Positions 23,096 to 35,945 of a stretch of DNA of 64,000 nt are shown piece by piece. The notes below the pieces were generated by a model. The model saw nothing but the letters and a program-made list of their open reading frames with translations, was not told where the DNA came from and did not search any database. The position numbers and the translations under genes were made by a program. The stretch comes from Octopus sinensis (taxonomy: Eukaryota). Location of the stretch: positions 49,724,001 through 49,788,000 of the forward strand of contig NC_043001.1 in assembly GCF_006345805.1 (NCBI RefSeq), read 5' to 3'. Numbering within the stretch: the stretch's first letter is position 1; each line of letters begins with the position of its first letter.

Positions 23096-24775
23096 TATCT
23101 CTCTCTCTCTCTATCTCTCTCAGCCACATTCAGGACTTGGTTGTATTTCTCACATTATCAAACTCTGAACTTGGCTTTATCCTTCAACCCCCCCCCTACA
23201 CACACTCTGACTTGGTCGTATCTCTCACATAGCACCCCTCCACTCTGGGCCTAGTTGTATCTCTCAAATTACCCATCTCCACCCTCTGGACTTGGTTACA
23301 TCTCTCAGATTGTTTCTACATGAATAACTGGCTCATTGTGACCTAACAACACTGTGTAGGTAGTTATGTATATCATGCCAGCCTTCATTCCTCCCTTAGT
23401 CTCTTAAACACAAACACACACTTGTACATAGCATGCACATACAACTTAGGCACCTTGCCACACTTGTCCTGCATCCATAAACAGATCTTGAAGGTAGCCT
23501 CTCGTAGTCCTGACAAGCTAGTCAGACTGTCTCTTATGTTCTAGCCAAAGCTGAATGCCAGTAGCTGGGCTTTGTCTTTAATACTAGAAAATACTTCAGC
23601 CCTAATCTGCTACTACACTCTATAATGCAAAAATGTGTTCCTCAGTAGAGTACTGCTGTACAGTTGGGTGGATACGTGCTAACATTCTCGGGTGCAAAAT
23701 TACAGAAATCTGTTTACCTGATTGTCAAGTTTTTATTTACCAATGTATTGATTTTCAGTGTTACACAATGGTTTTAAAACAACCACCTGTCCTGTTCTCA
23801 TCAAATCTATATTACATTATTTCCAGTCTTTCCTTCCCAAACTGTGACCATCTGTAGCAAAATATGATGTCCTGTAAGTGACAAAGCCAACAAGAAAGCC
23901 TGTTTGTGGTTGCTAGATCTGCTAGAAACAACAGCTGATCTCCTTCAAAATCACGCTGTCTTATCATCACCATTAATTTGTGTCTGCTTTCCACGTTGAC
24001 TTGTGTTGGATGGCTTGTCATAGTTGTAGTCTCTTTTTTGAGGAGTTGCTGTTTTCTTAGGTGAGTCAAAGGACCACATCTTGCTTATATGGTTCATTTT
24101 TGCTTGGTTTCTGTAGCTGGATGCCCTTCAAAACACCAACCCCTTTACCAATACTAAGAGTACTGAATGCATTTTATCATGACACCAACACTAATGAGTT
24201 TGTCTTGTCCTTGACAAAACTAAAGTGACCCATGAACTTGCTTTGTCTTTACTCATTTGCTAAATCACTTTACTGAGTTTACTGGGTGCATATTATAGCA
24301 CCACCTCCAGTGAGGTTGCCTTGTACCTCTTAACAGTAAAGAGACCACACTTGCTTAGAAAATGATACATTGGATAATATCACCTTTGGTTTCTTTCACA
24401 TTGGGGAAAATACAGATTGGAATGCCTTTAATTAGGTCTACTTAATTAAGGCTGACGTTGGGCTAAACAACAATCTGTTTATCACAAGCCAATGAATGAG
24501 CCTGTATGTATAGTCTGTACTTAACATGCTAGAAATAGCAGCCAAAATTTTCTCAACTCACAGTCCTGTCATTTTTAAAAAGAAAGCAAGAACATGATGA
24601 GTAATGTAGTCTGAGATAAATAAAAATAATGATGAAATTATTGTGTATTGTGCTTAGGTGCACTACAACTCATCAAAGGTGCATATACAGTGCATAGAAT
24701 TATGTACAAAAGTCAAGAAAGTGAACAGTATATGAGTCATGATATACATGTGTGCATGCATATGGAGTGGGGATG

Positions 24776-24975
24776 TCAAGTGAAGTGTTGGCGAATTTCA
24801 AGAAGCATGGAAGTTTTAAAGGCTGCAATGTCTTGGCAACTAACAACTGATGCAGTTAGTTTGTTCCATGCTTCAGCAACTCTGAGTGTGAAGAAATGTT
24901 TCCAAAAATCATGGGAGCTCTGCTGTTTTCTGATTTTATAGGCATGACCATGTGTGTTAGACACATGGAGCTCAA
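24776..24975 (-). mobile_element. CR1-clade LINE ORF2 C-terminal fragment
   Basis: HGHAYKIRKQQSSHDFWKHFFTLRVAEAWNKLTASVVSCQDIAAFK matches the CR1 RGH..KL..R..FFS.RVV..WN.LP..VV...FK terminus. Second copy at about 62470-62730. Confidence 0.85.
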
Positions 24976-25576
24976 AAGGTGATCAAGGTGGTTGTTGACA
25001 CGATGGTTAATAATTTTGTGGGTGTTTACCAAGTCAGTTGCCAGACATGTTTGAAAGACGAGATGGTCACAGCTGGAATGCCTTTGATCATAGGTCTGTG
25101 ATCACATGGAGTTTAAACAGCAACAACATAATCGTCTCTAACTAGAACACCAAATATTTCAAAGTTACCATGAGTTTCTACTAAGGTTACACACTTTCAT
25201 CCTAATTTATAAAAAGTCTCTGTTTATTATTAAAATGTCCGTCAGAGTGTGAATTACTACAGAATCATTAGAAAATCAGGGGAAAATGCTTTGTAGTATT
25301 TGTTTTGGCAGTTTACATTCTCAGTTCAAATCTTGTTGAAGGGAACTTGTTTTACATTCTTCATGGTTTGATGAAATAAATTGCCAGTCAAGGACTGGAG
25401 TTGATATAATGGACTAAACCTTACCCATGAAACTGTTCCTAAATCTGAAATTATTAAAATCTTGCTTGTTGGTTATTAAAATTTATGCTCCCACCCCTCT
25501 TGCTTCTGTATTTAAAACATGTTCTTTTTACACATGCACATATTTTTCCGTCACCCAACTTTATATCTTTTTCTAG

Positions 25577-25736
25577 AAAGGCTGCTGAAGTACCTTGGGA
25601 CAAGAAAATCAGCAAAGGTTTCTTCCGTGGGTCTCGTACCAGTTCTGAAAGAGATCCATTGATTTTGCTATCTCGAAAGTCTCCAAATTTAGTGGATGCT
25701 GAATATACAAAGAACCAGGCTTGGAAATCCATGGAG
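25577..25736 (+). CDS. POGLUT1: POGLUT1 coding exon (160 nt): [53 protein letters not shown]
   Basis: ttctag| acceptor and |gtatgg donor. Contains [17 protein letters not shown] and [14 protein letters not shown] motifs. Lies inside track ORF 25485..25802. Confidence 0.98.
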
Positions 25737-26729
25737 GTATGGTGTAATTACTGTGGGTGTGTGTGTGTGTGTGTGGAGGGGTGCTTGGTGTCACATAGGT
25801 GACATTTAATCAAATAAACCAAATGTTTATTATTCAAACAATAATTACTTCTTTCTAAATGATCTTTAGAGAATGTCACAAATATTTACTTTGTTGGATA
25901 AGGATGGAGCTAAATGAATTTTTCTTTTCATTGTAAGTACCAGTGAAACACTGGGGTCGATGTAACTGACTAGTCCCCTCCCACCAAATTTCAGGCCTTG
26001 TGCCTTTAGTAAGGAAGGATTATTATTAGTGACTGAAAGACAGCAAGCTGGCAGAATCGTTAGCCTACCAGACAAAATGCTTAGCAGCATTTCGTCTGTC
26101 CTTACGTTCTGAGTTCAAATTCCGCCAAGCTCAACTTTGCCTGTCATGTTTTTGGGGTCGATGAAGTAAGTACCTGTGAAACACTGGAATCAATGTAATC
26201 GACCAGACCCCTCCCCCAAAATTTCAGGCCTTATACTTTTAGTAGAAAGAATTATTATTAGTGATGGAAGCAGTATTAGTTTTTCTTTTGAAGTAATATT
26301 GCTTCCATCACTAATAATGAATTTCTGTTCAACCTCCCAGCTAAATGCAACATAAGTTACTTTACAATCATGTTTGGAAACAATCATGTTGGTGACACGA
26401 AGGGCTTCTGGTAGTAGAAAATCTGCTTTGACAAATTATGTCTGACCCTTGTTACAGAGAAAAGTGAACATTAAATGATGATGATGCCTGCTCTCTTGTT
26501 TGTTTGTGTGTATAAACATATATACTATACTGGTCTCTAACTGACTAGGTAAGTTATAAATGTGATAGTAGCTCACTTCATAATGATGTAATTTACAAGC
26601 CAGAATGAAAAATTATATCTAAATGTTTGTCTTCAGATTTAATTATAAAGTTTCAATTAATTTATGCTTTAATCATATCACATGGAAATACAATATAAAT
26701 GTTTAAGCAGGAATATTGTCTGATTGCAG

Positions 26730-26788
26730 GACACTTTAGGCAAAAAGCCAGCTGAGGAAGTGAAACTGGAGGACCACTGTAAATACAA
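26730..26788 (+). CDS. POGLUT1: POGLUT1 coding exon (59 nt): DTLGKKPAEEVKLEDHCKY(K)
   Basis: ttgcag| acceptor and |gtttgt donor. DTLG.P.A..V.L.DHCKYK motif. In phase with both neighbours. Confidence 0.96.
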
Positions 26789-27479
26789 GTTTGTATCGTA
26801 ATGCCTTTGTTTATACGCTATAACCTTCTTTCATTTCAAGTGACTAAGCACATTCAGAGATCATTTAGTGCTGTATGGGTGTTTAAGAAATTAATGGATC
26901 ATATTGCAGCTTTTTTTGGGGGTTTTTTTTACCTGTTGCACTTGCCTTACAAGTTAATGTGAATTATGGCTTTTTAAAATTGGCAGGGTTGGTATGTTCA
27001 CAGCTGAACAAAAGAGAATATATTTCAAATAACTGTTTGACAAAAAGAAAAACAGAAAGAGCAAATTGATGAATCAACAGTTAATTGAATTATCACAAGC
27101 ATGTCTGTATAGTTAAGTTCATTTTGCAACCCAGTGTTTACAGGTTCAGTCCCACTGTGTGGCATCTTGGGCAAGTGTCTTTGACTCTAGCTTCAGGCTA
27201 ATCAATAACTTAAATGAATTTGGTTCACAGAAACTGTGCAGAACTCTGTTGTTTGTGTTTCCTTATTTTGACATACTTAATAGTTGTAAATTAATGTTAA
27301 GTGGGGGGGGGGGGGCGTCATTCATTTCCAATCTTCCCTGTAAACACGTCAGGTTATAGAGAAATTTTACCTTACTTGAAAGTAAATAATAGTTGGCAAA
27401 AAAAAGTCTACCTTAATGAATTCCATTTGACCTATGCAAGCATGGGAAAGTGGACATTAAAGTGAAAATATATATACTC

Positions 27480-27576
27480 TTTATCTTATATTAAACTTTT
27501 AATACTTTTTGATAGTTATATAATAAAAAAAAATATATAAATAAAATAAATAAATAAAAAATAATAAATAGATAAA

Positions 27577-27607
<31 letters not shown>

Positions 27608-27800
27608 AAATAAATAAATAAAAAAAAATAAAAAAAAATAATAATAAAATAAATAAATAAATAAAATAATAATAATAAAATATATATATATATTTAAAAT
27701 TTATAAGTTTAAATTATTAATTTAAATAATTTTTTAAATTTTAACTTTAATTTAAATATTTTAGTTTGGAATTTTATATTTTTTATATATTTTTTAATTA
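27480..27800. repeat. Almost purely A/T low-complexity tract ending in a copy of the 19300-19384 arm
   Basis: (AATA/AAT)n-like tract. 27805-27860 resembles tatgtattggtttatgtctatcactgtttgagttgcataatagtggtttt. Confidence 0.85.
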
Positions 27801-28665
27801 ATTTTATTTCTATGTATTGGCTTATGATTTTCACTGTTTGATTTGCCTAATAGTGGTTTTATATATAATATATATATAAAAGAGAAAGATATATGTAAGT
27901 CTGTGTTTGTGTCTTCTCTACTTGATATTTGTTTCCTGAAATGGTTACCATTTATCTAAGCAATGCCGTTTATTTGTAATCTTCATGAAAGCAGTTGTGG
28001 ATTGATGACAGGAAGAACAAATCTGCATCAACAAACTTCTGGCCTTTGAAGCACAGAAAAGTGAAAGTTAAAATGATGATGATGACAGCAAACATTAAAA
28101 TAATTTCTTTTCCAAATATTATACAGTCATGTTTTTTGCTGTAGTTTATATCTGGATTCAAATAATCTGGTGGTACTCGTGGAAAAAGCTCTTTCATATA
28201 TCATTCTACAAAACACTTTAGCATATATAGTACGATACAAAAGAAAAACTCAAGGAGTCTATAAAATTATAAATAAAGAGAGAAATATACTATGATAAAA
28301 TTTATTTTACCAATGGATATTTGTATTTAACAATTGTTTTGCAGCTTAATAAACATGTATGAAATAATTTTTTTATATATTATAAAATATAAAATAAATT
28401 AATCCCTGTACTAATATATATATATATATATAGGTAAGATCATTAATTTAAATTAAATAACGATCATATCAAGTGGCCAGCATGGAAATAAAAACCTTCA
28501 AAGGTAATAATTGTTATTAAAATTATAACTTAGGGTATCTACGAGATACTGCCATGCTGAAAATAGCAGCCAGGAAACTGACTCTAAAATCACCTTAAGT
28601 GTTCATATAGCACAAGGAGAGAAGACAAAAAGACAAAATAAAACTAGTAAAAATTTATATATATA

Positions 28666-29049
28666 TCTCTCTCTATATAAACAGCAGTTTGTCTGTGCGT
28701 GTTTCTGTGTGTCTGTTTGCTTGTACCCTCACCCTGACCACGGCTTTCAACCGATTCTGATGAAACTTGACACACACATAGCCCAATGTCATAATTCAAA
28801 ACTAACGCAGCGAAAATTTTGAAAAGTTTCCCCAGTTCTGAAAAAAATCAATAAATTCGACATGGGGTCGAGAATCAGAAACAGGAACCACAAACTGTCT
28901 AGGGGACGCAACTCCACCTTTTTTTAATCTCAAAAAAAATTTACCATCATTTTTTTCCATTTTTTTGCTATTTTTTAGCTATAACTCTCTAAAAATGCTT
29001 TATAGTTATTTCCCTTACAAACCTGAGCAACGCCGGGCGATACTGCTAG
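28666..29049 (+). mobile_element. Non-autonomous Helitron-like element
   Basis: Starts A|TC and ends CTAG|T. Has a subterminal imperfect GC hairpin (cctgagcaacgccggg) and a 5' (tctg)-like microsatellite followed by accgatt..gaaactt, as in Lep1/HINE-type elements. No TSD. CpG-rich relative to its flanks. Confidence 0.8.
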
Positions 29050-29794
29050 TATATAATATACACACAGTTTTTAAATCAATGCAGATATTAAGCTTGCTTG
29101 TCAGGTTAAAAGAATTCCATGTTTATAATTATATGTCAACATATTTCAAAATTCAGAAAGTCAATTTTCAAAAGCATTAAGGTATGGAAGACACTAAGGA
29201 TAAAATTAATAATTAATAATAAGCCCTCATATGATTAACTAACATATATAATACTTAGTGAAGAAGGTATGTTAAATCAGTTGAACCAGTAAAATGACTT
29301 CCCTGAAACCCTCTTTTTTTTATATTGATTTCTGGGTCCACAGGTTGTTATCATACCAATCATAGGAGTTTGCCCTTCTAAGAGTGTTGTAGTCCTTTCT
29401 GATGTATTTTATTATTAGCACTGTCATGTAACTGAATAACTGTGTTATTCCGAGCTATATTATCTATTAATTCCACTCTGTCCTTCTTTTAATTAAAGTT
29501 GGAACTCAAAGATAAAATGGTTTGTAAGTGACAAAGTGTTACGATATTGTTAGCATGAAATTGTTTTTTATGTTTCTTGGTTACGTTGCAAACTAGAATG
29601 CAGGAAAAGGCGAAAGTAAATTCTGCAATAACTATCAGAAAGACAAAAGGCCTGAAATTCACATTGACCCCAGTGTTCAACTGGTATTTATTTCATTGAT
29701 CCTGAAAGGATGAAAGGCAAAGCTGAACTTGGCAGAATTTGAACTCAGAACTCTGAATGGAATACTACTAAGCATTTTGGCCAGAATGCTAACA

Positions 29795-30035
29795 ATTCTT
29801 ATTTCTTTACTGCCCACAAGGGGCTAAACATAGAGGGGATAAACAACGATAGACAAAGGGATTAAGTCGATTACATCGACCCCAGTGCGTAACTGGTACT
29901 TAATTTATCGACCCTGAAAGGATGAAAGGCAAAGTCGACCTCGGCAGAATTTGAACTTAGAACGTAATGGCAGATGAAATACCGCTAAGCATTTCGCCCG
30001 TCACCTTAACGTTTCTGCCAGCTCACTGCCTTCAA
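29795..30035 (-). mobile_element. Well-preserved family B SINE with an alternative tail
   Basis: Intact CpGs. The tail (..gtttagccccttgtgggcagtaaagaa on -) is shared with the copy at 35315-35528. Confidence 0.8.
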
Positions 30036-31062
30036 AGATAAAATGGTTGTAAGTGCCAAAGTGTTAAGATATTGCTAGCATGAAATTGTTAACAATTCTG
30101 CCAGATCATTGCCTTTCAGAAAGACATAATAATGAAAACAATGGAATGAGATTTTGTAATTAGGTGGTGCCACTACACAGTATTTCAAGTAAAGAGACAA
30201 GAGTACCAATATGTAGATCATTGTGGAATTTTTTTTATTAGTTTCAGTCTTGGATTGCAGCCATTACTGGGGCACCACTGTGAAGGATATAATCATTGAA
30301 ATCAACCCTGATTACTTATTTTAAGTCTAATCCTCATTCTGATAAGTTACCCTTTTGATATCAACCCACCTGAGACAACCCCAGGTTGTATAACATATAC
30401 TAACTGTTTTAAAGTGGTTTAAATTATAATCTTGTGGAGGCGCATGGCTTAGTGGTTAGGGTTGTTGAACTCATAATCGAATGGTTATGGTTTCGATTCC
30501 TGGACTGGGCGATGTGTTGTGTTCTTGAGCAAAACACTTCATTTCACGTTGCTCCAGTCCACTCAGCTGGCAAAAATGAGTAATCCTGCGACGTATAGGC
30601 GTCCCGTCCAGGTGGGGAATTTCTACGCCACTGAAACCGGGAAACCAGCCCTTATGAGCCTGGCATGGCTTGAGAAAAAAAATTTTTTTTTTTTTAAATT
30701 ATAATCTTCCATCAAAGTTTTATGCTAAATTGTTCCAGACCCTAGCTTAATTATGAGGAAGTTTTACTAAATTCTTCATTATTTTAAAAATGAGTTAAAA
30801 CAAAGGCAGTACATGTTAAAAGGAATATAGAAAGGTAAAGGTTAAACGAATCGACACAGATTGATGATTGGTGTGTGGCACAAACACACATGCTATCACA
30901 CTTTGAAGACATTGGTTGTTCTGGAACTATTGTAGAGTACATTTGACAAAGTTTGCTGCTCAGTAAGGTTGAACTCAAAACCCCATATGCATAGCTAGAT
31001 TCTTAACCACTCACTCATGCTTGCACTGAAGGTAAATTTATATTTTTTTCTAATTCCAACAG

Positions 31063-31230
31063 ATATTTATTCAACTTCCGAGGTGTGGCTGCCAGTTTTC
31101 GCTTAAAGCACCTTTTCATCTGCGACTCTTTAGTCTTCCATGTTGGCAGTGATTGGCTGGAGTTCTTTTACCCTTCTCTCAAACCCTGGGTTCACTATAT
31201 ACCAGTTCCAAATGATATGTCCAATGTCAG
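31063..31230 (+). CDS. POGLUT1: POGLUT1 coding exon (168 nt): [55 protein letters not shown](R)
   Basis: caacag| acceptor and |gtaggt donor. [17 protein letters not shown] and [16 protein letters not shown] are the CAP10 core motifs. Confidence 0.98.
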
Positions 31231-31300
31231 GTAGGTCTGATGTTTTGTCTGTTAAAACATTTTAACCACCACACAATCACTGTATGCACCACTAGAAGTA

Positions 31301-31686
31301 CTCTTTACTTTCTTTTACTTGTTTCAGTCATTTGACTGTGGCCATGCTGGAGCACCGCCTTTAGTCGAGCAAATCGACCCCAGGACTTATTCTTTGGAAG
31401 CTTAGTACTTATTCTATTCGTCTCTTTTGCCGAACCGCTAAGTTATAGGGACGTAAACACACCACTATTGGATGTCAAGCGACATTGGGCGGGGGGATAA
31501 ACACAGACACACTCACATACATATATACGACAGGCTTCTTTCAGTTTCCGTCTACCAAATCCACTCACAAGGCTTTGGTTGGCCCAAGGCTATAGTAGAA
31601 GACACTTGCCCAAGGTGTCACGCAGTGGGAATGAACTCGGAACCATGTGGTTGGGAAGCAAGCTACTTACCACACAGCCACTCCTG
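31301..31686 (-). mobile_element. Near full-length family A SINE
   Basis: Closely matches the reverse complement of 37851-38254. Confidence 0.88.
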
Positions 31687-32735
31687 CACATTTTTCATAA
31701 TTTAAGAACATATTTTATTTTGTATATTTGACATAGTTTCAAGGATATTTAAATAAGATGAGATGATTTCCTTGTAATTAACTCTTTAGCATTTAAACTT
31801 ACCACATCCAGCCAAAATATTCTACCAGTTTTATGTTCAAACTAGGCATATCTGCCTGTCACAACTACCCTATAATGTAAACAGTCACATCATCAAAATC
31901 TCAAAATTACATGATAATGCATGATTAATTCAAAACAAAGCACTACATTTGACAGAGTAATCTGAATGCTAAAGGTTAAACAGTATGCAGTGTGACCATA
32001 TTTAATGTCATGAGTTTAAAAAACAATTTTCTAGTGAGGAAGATACACTATTAGATCAATGTATGTTATTTTAATAATTCTATCAAGTATGGGAAATAAC
32101 TCTGGGTACTTTTCAATCTTATTAAACCTCTTCATCGAATGATATACTTCACTGTATTTAGCAAAATAGTGGTGAGAGGATCCCAAAGTAGTTGTACAAT
32201 ATTATTCAAGAGTAGGTGTGAAAAATTAGCATATTTTGAAGACTAAATTGTTGAATGATTAGCCTGATTTAAGCATTGTATGTTAGTAGCCTAGCGGTTA
32301 GGCTGTTGCACTCATGGTTACTAGATCATGGGTTTGATTCCCAGATTGGGCGGCATGTTGATCTCTTGAGCAAAACACTTCATTTCAATTTGTTCCTGCC
32401 CAGCCTACCTTTCGATTGGGGAAGATGTTGGCCTGCTCATCTAGCCAGCAGGGTGGCATCATTTGAAGGCTAAAATGATGCAAATTGCATTGTGACCAGC
32501 ATTGTGTGACAACTAGTCAAGCAATCTAAAGTAAGGAGAGTTACCTATGTACTTATGGTAGGATTTAAGACTCAGGAACTGGGTGATCAGATGATGACGA
32601 GAGAATGTGAGAGTAAGGTTATTTCCTTAATTGGAATGACCATTCGTAAGGAATATTTCTAATGACCCGACAAGAACTGAACCAGTATAATTGCAAGGTT
32701 TTAAACTGTTTCTTTTGTTCATTGCACTGTTACAG

Positions 32736-32792
32736 AGAGCTTTTGGAGTTTGCTCAGGAAAATGATGACATAGTGAAAAAGATTGCTGATAG
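32736..32792 (+). CDS. POGLUT1: POGLUT1 coding exon (57 nt): ELLEFAQENDDIVKKIAD(R)
   Basis: ttacag| acceptor and |gtaagt donor. Matches ELL.F...NDD....IA.RG. Confidence 0.95.
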
Positions 32793-32816
32793 GTAAGTAG
32801 AGAGAAAACAAAGACA

Positions 32817-33030
32817 CATAGCCTACACATGCAGCACAACACACTTAGCATGCACATGCAGCACAACACACATAGCATGCACATGCAGCACAACACATGT
32901 AGCATGCACACATACACATGCACACATGTGCAGTGCACATACACACAAACATGCAATGCACACATACAAACATGCAATGCACACATACAAACATGCTGCT
33001 CACATACACATATACTGCACACATAACACA
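32817..33030. repeat. CA-rich degenerate minisatellite (about 24-bp unit gcacatgcagcacaacacacatagcat)
   Basis: Three clear units, then decay into (CA)-rich variants, starting 25 nt after the 32792 donor. Confidence 0.85.
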
Positions 33031-35694
33031 CACACTCTCCCTTCTTTCTCTCCTTTCATCTTCCCTCCATCTTAAACCAATGACCTACAAAGTGTATTAA
33101 CAACACTAACCTCAATTTGTTGTCCCTAATCTTCCAAACTAGGAAACCCTACATATGTCCGTAGACATGATACCCCTCTCCAACATTTACCATTTTTTTT
33201 AACACCTTTATCTCTGCTGTATAATACATTGTCAATAATCTGCTAGTTGCCATCCCCATTTGTAAGGCTGCTTCACAAACATTTTTTCTTCTGTAGCCTC
33301 TGGTCACTGGCATTAGACATTCTTTGACTTGAGCACTCATCATCTGGTCACATCATGTGTCCATATTACTTTCTTATTTAAGCCCTTTCCTCCCTGCAGA
33401 GCACAGGCCATTGAGTGCTTTTCTCCACTCTTCTTGACTTTGGTTTGATTGTTGTTTTTTTGCTCTGCCTCAGTCCCCTACCTTTAGCTATTTTTAGTGT
33501 ATTCCCTTTACCTCACCCCCCCTATCTCAATTCTTTTGTCAACTTTGCCTTTTATTATATTTTTCAAAGTTTATTTTATAAACTGGAGTTTTGGGGCCAT
33601 TAAATATGCATTCCAATAGATTTTCCCAAACTGACCTTTTTCCTAAAAAAACCCCACATTATTAGAATAAAAGATAAGTTCCCAACCCATTGAATTGATT
33701 TTAATTAAAGATTGGAAGTATTTTTGATTACACATCCTTGAGAAAATATATAACAATCACAAAATCTTGTCTTTTTTCACTGTAAATTTAAGAATATAGC
33801 TAAAACAGCTAAAGCAGACGTTTTCAGTCACCATGTTATGTATGCTCTGTAACTGTACTGACATCATCATCATCGTTTAACGTCTGCTTTTCATGCTAGC
33901 ATGGGTTGGACGGTTTGACTGAGGACTGGTGAGCCAGAAGGCTGCACCAGGCTCCAATCTGATCTGGCAGAGTTTCTACAGCTGGATGCCCTTCCTAATG
34001 CCAACCACTCCAAGAGTGTAGTGGGTGCTTTTACGTGCCACCAGCACAAGGGCCAGTTTTTTAATTTTTAAAATTTTATTTATTTTATCTGGTTTTATTT
34101 TTATTTTTTTATTTAATCTAGTTTGAGCTCACGAGCTGTGGCCATGCTCATATTATATATTATATATGTCAAACTCACCTTAAAAATACGTATACCAATA
34201 TATTTTCAATTGAACTATAATACAAAAACATTTATTCTGCGAAAACGTTTCTAAATATGGAATTCAAGTGGGGACTGGAGCAATAGAATGATTGCATTAC
34301 AGAATTAATTCTCACCTGTTCTTAACCTCTGATCAAACACCACCAGGGCATATATTCATCATAGTCGTATTATAGGCATGCTATTTAGCTCTCTTTAGTT
34401 TTGGGCTGCAGGTGCAATTAGCCCTCCACAGGAGCTAGCTTAAAGGTCTGCACAGAGTACGGCTTTTCAGCTAGTAATATAATAAAGCTGGCAGAATTGT
34501 TTGAACTCAAGACAAAAGGTCATTCTGATGTGCAATGCAGGATGTTAGTTTCCTTAATCTTTCTGACATCAACCCACCTGAGACTCACCTTAGTTCTATG
34601 ATACAAGCTCCCTGTTTTGAAGTGATCTGAATTGAAACTTTCCATCAAATTTTCTTGTTAATTTATGTTACAAACACCAGCTTAGTCTTTCATCTTTTAC
34701 TTGTTCCAGTTATTTGTCTGCAACCATGCTGGGTCACTGTCTTGAAGCATTTTAGTTGAACAAATCCACCCCCTGGCCTTTTTTATTCAAAGCCTTGTAC
34801 TTATTCTATCGGTCTCTTTTGCTGAACATCTAAGTTACAAGGATGTAAACACACTATCACTGGTTGTCAAGTGGTAGTGGGACACATACACACACACACA
34901 CATGACGGGTTTCTTTCAGTTTCCGTCTTCCAAGTCCACTCACAAGGCTTTCGTTTGCCCAAAGTGCCACACAGTAGAACTGAACCCAGAACCATGTGGC
35001 TGGGAAGCAAACTTCTTACCACACAGGCACACTTGCACTGTAATAATGACAAAATCATTTTAATAAAGTCTTCATTGTCTTAATTGAAACAAAAGCAGTA
35101 TATTTGAATATAGATATGCTAACAAAATGGTCAGGTGTGGCCTGTCTATCCTCACTTGAACTTCAGGATTTGTTCTTCCACTAGCTTCTGTCTCAACCAC
35201 TCTTTATGCCATAACTCTTTTTTTTTTATTCTTATTCACCCATCTAATTTGAAGAATGTCTCAGATGTGTCTATATTAATGTGCCTTAAAAAATATTTAT
35301 AGCAGAAATATATATTTCTTTACTACCAACAAGGGGCTAAACACAGATAGGACAAACAAGGACAGACAAATGGATTAAGTGCCTAACTGGTTCTTAATTT
35401 ATCGACCCTGAAAGGATGAAAGGTAAAGTCAACCTTGGCAGAATTTGAACCCAGAACGTAACGGCAGACGAAATACAGCTACACATTTCGCCCGGCGTGC
35501 TAACGTTTCTGCCAGCTCGCCACCTTTTATAGCAGAAATATAATCTGTATCTTCAATATCGTCATTTTTGTTTTGTTTCTCCCTACCTTCTGGTGTTAGC
35601 CTCACTGCAAGCATGTCCCTGCTATATTATATAAACCCGTTTTAAACATAGCATCATTTTGGATAGCATTATAGTGTCTTCTCTTCTGTTATAG

Positions 35695-35827
35695 GGGCCG
35701 TAAACATATCTGGAACCATCTGCGAATGAAAGACATCACGTGTTACTGGAAGACTCTTCTTCAGCGTTATTCCAGATTGTTCAACTACAAACCTCATTTT
35801 AACAAAGATCTGATTCTCATCAAATAG
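35695..35827 (+). CDS. POGLUT1: POGLUT1 terminal coding exon (133 nt with TAG): GRKHIWNHLRMKDITCYWKTLLQRYSRLFNYKPHFNKDLILIK*
   Basis: ttctgttatag| acceptor. G..FIWNHLRM.DI.CYW..LL..Y motif. TAG at 35825-35827. Confidence 0.96.
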
Positions 35828-35939
35828 ATTGTATCAACAACGATAGTGACATGAACAAAAAGTTGGGGGGCCTCTGATGGCAACAGCAAAGACTTCTCGA
35901 AACGTTTTATATTTTTCCTTAGAAAAAAATTATTTTCAA

Positions 35940-35945
35940 AATAAA
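35940..35945 (+). terminator. Candidate polyadenylation signal (AATAAA) for POGLUT1
   Basis: AATAAA about 110 nt after the stop, followed by a T-rich downstream tract. AATAAA occurs often by chance in AT-rich DNA. Confidence 0.45.
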
